Origin: Candidatus Helarchaeota archaeon
Lineage (GTDB): Archaea; Asgardarchaeota; Lokiarchaeia; Helarchaeales; RDOG01
DNA length: 64,000 nucleotides
Reading direction: 5' to 3'
NCBI GenBank assembly: GCA_019058315.1
Contig: JAHPZH010000002.1
Location: 160,001-224,000 of the forward strand
The position numbers and the translations under genes are program-made. Every line of letters begins with the position of its first letter. Positions within the stretch are counted from its first letter, which is position 1. The notes under the pieces are model-generated. The model saw nothing but the letters and a program-made list of their open reading frames with translations. It searched no databases and was not told where the DNA came from. Positions 58,649-64,000 of the stretch are shown one piece after another.

Positions 58649-59761
58649 TTGACCAAATATGAAGCTATTCCTGGCTCAGAGGTTTATTCAGCATTAAAAG
58701 ATCAATCTTCTATAATTTTAGCATGTAATCCAAGAATAAATATTGGTATTTTAGATGGATTGTTTGAAGCTGCCAAAAAAATGAATTCTGTTATTATTTT
58801 GGAATTAGCTAAATCGGAATGTAATTTGTCGGGAGGATATACGGGATTAACTCCAGAAATGTTTGCAAAAAATGTTAAAGAGGCAGCTGAAAGAGCGGAT
58901 TGGCCTTGGTTTATTATTCATGGGGATCATTTAACAATGAAAAAAGTCCCTGAAGATGCAAATGAGGTCAAAGAATTAATTCTGTCTCAAATTAAAAATG
59001 GATATTCCAGTTTTGCTATTGATGCTTCATTTCTATTTAATCATGAAGGTAAAAATGCTCGAGAAGAATTAGAAAAAAATATTGAATTCACTACTGAAAT
59101 TGCTCATTTTATTAAAAGTAATATGAAAGGCAAAGAGTTTGGTCTCGAAGTCGAAGTAGGCGAAATTGGAAAAAAAGATGAGCATGGTCTTGTTCTTACT
59201 ACAGTAGATGAAGCTGTTACATTTATTAACGCATTAAAAGAAAATGATGTTCATCCCAATTTGCTAGCAATTGCAAATGGTTCTAGTCATGGACAAATTT
59301 TTGATGATGCCGGCAACCCAATTGAACAAATTTCTATTAATATTCCGAGAACTATTGAAATTGCTAAGGCAATTGATAAATTTGGGGTGAGAATTGCACA
59401 ACATGGAATTACAGGAACACCAATTAGTTTGATTGCTACAGAGTTTCCAAAAGGGAACGTTTTACTTAAAGGAAACGTAGGTACTTATTGGATGCTGATA
59501 GCTTGGGATGTTCTAAAAGTTTTTCAACCAGATTTATACAAAAAAATATGGGATTGGGTTATCAATTTTAAGCAATCCAAAGAAAAACTCATTCAAGTAT
59601 TTGGTAAAAATTCGAAATATGCAATAAAACAATACTTTGATAATATCAATGCGGTCGATGAAGATACTCAAGAAGCTTTAAAGGCTATCGCGTATTCAGA
59701 GGGGCTAAAGTTTTTAAAGGCTTTTAATTCAAAAGATACGGTCAAACATCTTAAAAGATAA
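58649..59761 (+). CDS. fba: class II fructose-bisphosphate aldolase
   Basis: GYTG, IHGDH, SFAIDAS, EVEVGEIG, AIANGSSHG, QHGITG, KGNVGT. Confidence 0.92.
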   Translation: MTKYEAIPGSEVYSALKDQSSIILACNPRINIGILDGLFEAAKKMNSVIILELAKSECNLSGGYTGLTPEMFAKNVKEAAERADWPWFIIHGDHLTMKKVPEDANEVKELILSQIKNGYSSFAIDASFLFNHEGKNAREELEKNIEFTTEIAHFIKSNMKGKEFGLEVEVGEIGKKDEHGLVLTTVDEAVTFINALKENDVHPNLLAIANGSSHGQIFDDAGNPIEQISINIPRTIEIAKAIDKFGVRIAQHGITGTPISLIATEFPKGNVLLKGNVGTYWMLIAWDVLKVFQPDLYKKIWDWVINFKQSKEKLIQVFGKNSKYAIKQYFDNINAVDEDTQEALKAIAYSEGLKFLKAFNSKDTVKHLKR

Positions 59762-59793
59762 TTTAAGAATTATAATATAGCAGAGGGATTAAA

Positions 59794-60798
59794 ATAGAAG
59801 AAAGAAATATTGTTTTGGATCTAATTAGAGGAACAGAAGCTGCAGCTTTAGCGGCTGCAATTGAAAGGGGTCGGGGAAAGAAGAAATTAGCGGATGAAAA
59901 TGCATTTGGAAATATGTCTAGGGTGTTTAGAGGATTACCTATCGAAATAAGAATAGTTGGTTCCGAAGGAGAAAAAGATAAAGTAAATTCATTTAATTAC
60001 GGTGATATTTATGGAGATCCCGAGGCTAAGATGAAATTGGACTGCGCTGTGGATGTGATAGATGGGACAGAAATGACAGCAAATTGGGAAGACAGCGGGG
60101 CTATAAGTGTAATCGGAATAGGATTAAGAGATAAGTTGATGAGAGTTCCAACCGATAAAATATATTTGAAAAAAATTGCTGTAGGCCCTGCAGCAGCGAA
60201 AGCAATTGATCTAAAGCAAGATTTCAAAGAAAATATATATAGAATAGCTCTTGCTTTAAAAAAAGATCCTGAAGAATTATGTGCAATGGTGTTAAAACGG
60301 AAAAGACATGAAAAATTTATTAAAGTATTGCGAGAAATGGATATAAGAGTTAAATTAATTCAAGATGGGGATGTTGTTGCAGCTCTAGCTCCATGTTTTC
60401 CGGAAACTGATATTGATTTTTATTTTGGTTGCGGAGGTCCACCTGAAGGAATTATTGCAGCATGTGGTATAAAAGCTCTTAAGGGAGCTATGCAAGTCCA
60501 ATGGGATATAGATGCATATAAGACTTCTAAACAAAGTGAAATTGAAGCTGAGCTCAAAGAAAAGAAAAAATTAAGTGAAGAATTAGGAATAAATATGGAT
60601 AAAATTTATTCATTAGAAGATATCGCCAAAGGACCCGTTCAATTTGTAGCAACTGGAATAACAAATGGACCATTTCTACAAGGTGTTGATTTTTTACCAG
60701 ATGGTGCATGGACTTATTCTATAGGAATAAGAAGTAAAAGTGGCACTATAAGATATCTAAGAACTCGGCATTTCTTCGATAGGAGACCAATCTACTGA
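59794..60798 (+). CDS. glpX: class II fructose-1,6-bisphosphatase
   Basis: TEAAALAA, GRG.K..AD, EGEKD, VD.IDGT, DGDV, GGPPEG, ATGIT.G..L.GV. Conserved N-terminus suggests an ATA start at 59794 (track start is 59815). Confidence 0.92.
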   Translation: MEERNIVLDLIRGTEAAALAAAIERGRGKKKLADENAFGNMSRVFRGLPIEIRIVGSEGEKDKVNSFNYGDIYGDPEAKMKLDCAVDVIDGTEMTANWEDSGAISVIGIGLRDKLMRVPTDKIYLKKIAVGPAAAKAIDLKQDFKENIYRIALALKKDPEELCAMVLKRKRHEKFIKVLREMDIRVKLIQDGDVVAALAPCFPETDIDFYFGCGGPPEGIIAACGIKALKGAMQVQWDIDAYKTSKQSEIEAELKEKKKLSEELGINMDKIYSLEDIAKGPVQFVATGITNGPFLQGVDFLPDGAWTYSIGIRSKSGTIRYLRTRHFFDRRPIY

Positions 60799-60873
60799 CC
60801 GCTCCTTTTATTTCAGGAAATTATTAATGAGCATAATTCTGAATATAAGTCTTACTAAGAGGTATAAAAGATA

Positions 60874-62001
60874 TTGTATCCAATAAGATTGATTGATTAT
60901 TTATGGGAATTAGAAATAATCCTTTGGGTTATTACCCTTATGATTCTTTATCTATTGGGAGCCTACTTTGTTAAAAAATATTTTAAAGAACCAATAGAAT
61001 CTAAACCTTTTAATTTTGGAATAAGTCTTTTTTTATTTGGTTACGGGACTGCTAGATTGATTGAATTTATTCGAAGTTACTACATAGCCTATGAATATTC
61101 TCTTTTTGGTTATTATGATATTGTAATTACAAATTTCCAAATTACTGGAATTGATCTCCTTATGCGATTATCATATATAATAATCTCTTATTTTGTAATA
61201 ACTGTGGTATGTTTCAGCATAGAAAAATATATTTTAAGAGAGTTAGGGTATAATACACGTTATTTTATAACGATTACTTCAATAATCACGGGTATTATTT
61301 CTGTTTTATTATATTTTAACATGTTATGGTTATTACCAGTGTTAACAGTCACATTCTTCATTATTGTAGGATCAATTGTTTCTTTCTTCCTATTTTTCGG
61401 ATTTCGATCCGAAGGAAGACTAAAAAGATCATTCATTTTATGTGCAATTGGCTTTTCTCTATTTGTATTTGGACTTATAATGACTTTACCAGATACTCAC
61501 ATAATGATGACAGAATTTATAACATCGATAGAAACTTTTGTTCATTTAGGTTCACCTCTATTTCATATTGCTGGCGGAATTATTGTAACATTTGGATTCC
61601 AACTAGAATTATTCAATTGGTCCCAAAAAATTCAATACTTATATGTATTAATGCCAAATGGTGTATGTGTTTTTGATTATAATTTCAGACATAAAATAAT
61701 GGATGAAAATTTAATAAGTGGAACACTTGTTGCAATAACGGAGATAATTCAGGAAGTTACAAAAAGTAAAACAAAATTAAAAACAATACAACAAGAAGAA
61801 GCAATTTTTTTACTTGAATATGGGAAAAATGTTATGGTTGCCCTTCTCACAACAGAAAATCTGTCTGTATTGCGAAATAAGTTAGAAATTTTCTTGGAGG
61901 AATTTGAGACATTTTTTATTGATATATTTCCAGTTTGGAAAGGTGATACTACCGTATTTCTTCCTGCAAATGTATTAGTCGAGAGAATTTTCAAGACGTA
62001 A
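60874..62001 (+). CDS. 7TM membrane domain fused to a C-terminal longin-like domain
   Basis: About seven hydrophobic helices, then YVLMPNGVCVF...DENLISGTLVAI..II.EV...FLEEFETFF...WKGD..VF. Confidence 0.75.
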   Translation: MYPIRLIDYLWELEIILWVITLMILYLLGAYFVKKYFKEPIESKPFNFGISLFLFGYGTARLIEFIRSYYIAYEYSLFGYYDIVITNFQITGIDLLMRLSYIIISYFVITVVCFSIEKYILRELGYNTRYFITITSIITGIISVLLYFNMLWLLPVLTVTFFIIVGSIVSFFLFFGFRSEGRLKRSFILCAIGFSLFVFGLIMTLPDTHIMMTEFITSIETFVHLGSPLFHIAGGIIVTFGFQLELFNWSQKIQYLYVLMPNGVCVFDYNFRHKIMDENLISGTLVAITEIIQEVTKSKTKLKTIQQEEAIFLLEYGKNVMVALLTTENLSVLRNKLEIFLEEFETFFIDIFPVWKGDTTVFLPANVLVERIFKT

Positions 62002-62081
62002 ACACTGAATCTATTATTCAATAGAATTAAAAGTAATGTATTCTTCTATTTATAGTAATTAAAGAAATTTGTTGATTATTT

Positions 62082-62504
62082 TTGTCTGATTTAGAAAAAG
62101 GTCGTTCCGCATTTGTTCCGAAGATTTATTTCAAATTCTTTTGGTTACTTGGTCAAAAAGTTCAACATTCTCTTCTTTTAAGAGAAGGTATTAATATACC
62201 CTCTCCAGATGAATTGCGAGGCAAATTTAAAACAACTTCAGATATGATAAATTATCGCCAGTCTAAATTTGGGTGTAAATTTGATTGGACCTCAAAATTA
62301 TTTGTCACATACAAAGGAAGATCTTATAATATTTTTGAGGAAATAAAGGAAATCATAACTGAATGTATAAAGGGAGATATTAAGGACGCAATTGGTTTTG
62401 ATGTTAGGGGTATTGACTTTCCAAGGGCGTGTAAAATGGCAAATTCTAGAATAATCGAAAAAATAATTAGCGATGGTTCAGAAAAATCGAAAATATATGG
62501 ATAG
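62082..62504 (+). CDS. hypothetical protein
   Basis: 140-aa ORF filling the gap; no motif recognised. Confidence 0.45.
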   Translation: MSDLEKGRSAFVPKIYFKFFWLLGQKVQHSLLLREGINIPSPDELRGKFKTTSDMINYRQSKFGCKFDWTSKLFVTYKGRSYNIFEEIKEIITECIKGDIKDAIGFDVRGIDFPRACKMANSRIIEKIISDGSEKSKIYG

Positions 62505-62558
62505 ATGCTTAATTCTTTAATTTTTTCTGTAAAATAAATGAATTAGAAAAATAAAGTG

Positions 62559-62948
62559 TTAAATTTTTAATATTTCACCAATCATTTTTGAATAATCACG
62601 AAGGACAGAAACCGTCATTCCTAAATCAGAAGTAGCTGGACCGGCTCCAATCATTAGGAATCCTTCTCCGGCACATGATACGATAGTATACCCTTGTGTA
62701 CCCCGAACTACAATCTCACCCAATTCACCTTGTTGCATTTGTCTGATTGTCTGTTCACCCATTGCGAGTATTGAAGCAACCATAGCTGATAAAAGGTCTG
62801 CATCAACATTCATTTGAGAGTAATAGGCAATTCTTCTCCCCTCCTTTGTGACTAAAGCTAAAGTGTGTAATTGAACCTCATTAGCTACTCTTCGTAAAAT
62901 AATAGATATCTTTTTTTCTATTTCTTGCATATCTGACAAAGCAACCAC
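62559..62948 (-). CDS. roadblock/LC7 domain protein
   Basis: ALVTKEG, D.LSAMVASILAMGE...GEL.EIVVRG..GY, LGM. Confidence 0.92.
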   Translation of the reverse strand: MVALSDMQEIEKKISIILRRVANEVQLHTLALVTKEGRRIAYYSQMNVDADLLSAMVASILAMGEQTIRQMQQGELGEIVVRGTQGYTIVSCAGEGFLMIGAGPATSDLGMTVSVLRDYSKMIGEILKI

Positions 62949-63200
62949 CTAACCATACTTTTTTTTAATGATAAGAATGGTAGATTATTATTCTTTCTGA
63001 TTTAAAAATATTATTTTATGTATCTTATATCTTTTTATTTTTAACAAATTTAAATTAAATTTAAAAAATCAAATTTAATTCTTGTTAATTTTTTTAACGC
63101 GCAAAATTCTGCAAAATTAAAAAGAATTAAACATGTGTATTTTCTTTTGGAATGTATATTATAAATTAACATCAAGTAACATTAATTGAGCGTTTTAATT

Positions 63201-64000
63201 ATGTTGGATGAATTATCAAGAAAATTACGAAATGCCCTAAATAAATTTAAAAGAAGGGCAGATAAAAAAGCAATCGAAGAATTAAATAGAGACATCCAAA
63301 GAGCCTTATTCGAGGCTGATGTGAACGTAGAACTCGTGTTAGAACTTACAAATCGAATTGAAGAACAAGCTTTTAAGGTAAAACCTCCACCAGGACTAAC
63401 AATTGAGAAATATATAATCAAAATTGTTTATGACGAATTAACGAATTTTCTTGGTAAAACTGCTTTTAGTTTAAAAATTATTCCCAATAAAACTAATATT
63501 ATACTCATGGTGGGCATTCAAGGCTCCGGTAAAACTACAAGTACTGGGAAATTAGCTAGATATCTCCAAAAAAGAGGAAGGAAAGTAGGTATTGTATGTG
63601 CGGATACATGGAGACCAGGAGCTTATGACCAATTAAACCAATTAGCCGAACAAAATCAAATTTCATTTTATGGCGAAAAAGACAATAAAAATAGTATTAA
63701 AATAGCCATGAATGGGGTTAATCATTTTATTAAAGATAAAAAAGAAATTATTTTAGTTGACACCGCTGGCAGACATAAAGAAGAAAAAGGTTTAATGAAT
63801 GAAATGAAACAAATCGCATCCAAAATTAACCCTACAGAAATTATATTAGTTATTGATGGAACACTAGGACAACAAAGCGCTGCTCAAGCTTATGCTTTTA
63901 ATAAAGTGACTGATATTGGATCAATCCTAGTAACTAAATTGGATGGTTCAGCTAAAGGAGGAGGTGCTTTATCAGCAGTCACAGCAACCGGTGCACCAAT
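63201..64000 (+). CDS. srp54: signal recognition particle protein SRP54 (partial, runs off the window edge)
   Basis: Manual translation: [59 protein letters not shown]. Confidence 0.97.
   Translation, partial: MLDELSRKLRNALNKFKRRADKKAIEELNRDIQRALFEADVNVELVLELTNRIEEQAFKVKPPPGLTIEKYIIKIVYDELTNFLGKTAFSLKIIPNKTNIILMVGIQGSGKTTSTGKLARYLQKRGRKVGIVCADTWRPGAYDQLNQLAEQNQISFYGEKDNKNSIKIAMNGVNHFIKDKKEIILVDTAGRHKEEKGLMNEMKQIASKINPTEIILVIDGTLGQQSAAQAYAFNKVTDIGSILVTKLDGSAKGGGALSAVTATGAP

Noticed and set aside
1535-63421. Numerous 60-130 aa antisense or overlapping ORFs in the track (e.g. 1535, 1994, 6941, 17008, 20204, 23692, 37548, 51941, 63182)
   Set aside because: Shadows of well-supported genes on the other strand or in another frame; 63182-63421 is antisense to srp54.

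Overview
AT-rich, densely coding archaeal chromosome segment. It is almost certainly from an Asgard archaeon (Lokiarchaeia/Helarchaeales-like): it encodes a Rab-like GTPase, longin and roadblock proteins, 7TM-longin family proteins, V4R/Bet3-like proteins, PH-like proteins and a histone, and uses GGTGA/GAGG Shine-Dalgarno motifs. Housekeeping content covers ribosome biogenesis (NMD3, RIO1, Dim2, RsmB/NOP2), aIF-2beta, RPA, SRP54, ahcY, pdxST, serB, ilvE, mfnB, galT, a ROK kinase and tpiA-fba-glpX. There are four tRNAs, three of which carry two introns each. The most unusual observations are: (1) two independent cases where a copy of a gene's 3' end (ilvE; a 1240-aa DUF4139 gene) lies displaced downstream with cargo DNA between the copies and no integrase or IS; (2) a tandem pair of minimal C/D-box units whose 12-nt guides look like Shine-Dalgarno sequences, complementary to the 16S 3' end; (3) a histone with a 30-aa Lys/Pro-rich N-terminal tail, plus rare CGCG palindromes upstream of the histone, RPA and SRP54 genes; (4) a tandemly duplicated FeS-protein/ferredoxin/V4R-like triplet; (5) a cluster of PH/GRAM-like paralogs and modular TM-PH-Zn-ribbon proteins, one broken at an A8 tract; (6) an unannotated 25-aa Lys-rich micro-ORF. 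All assignments come from reading motifs by eye; no database searches were run.
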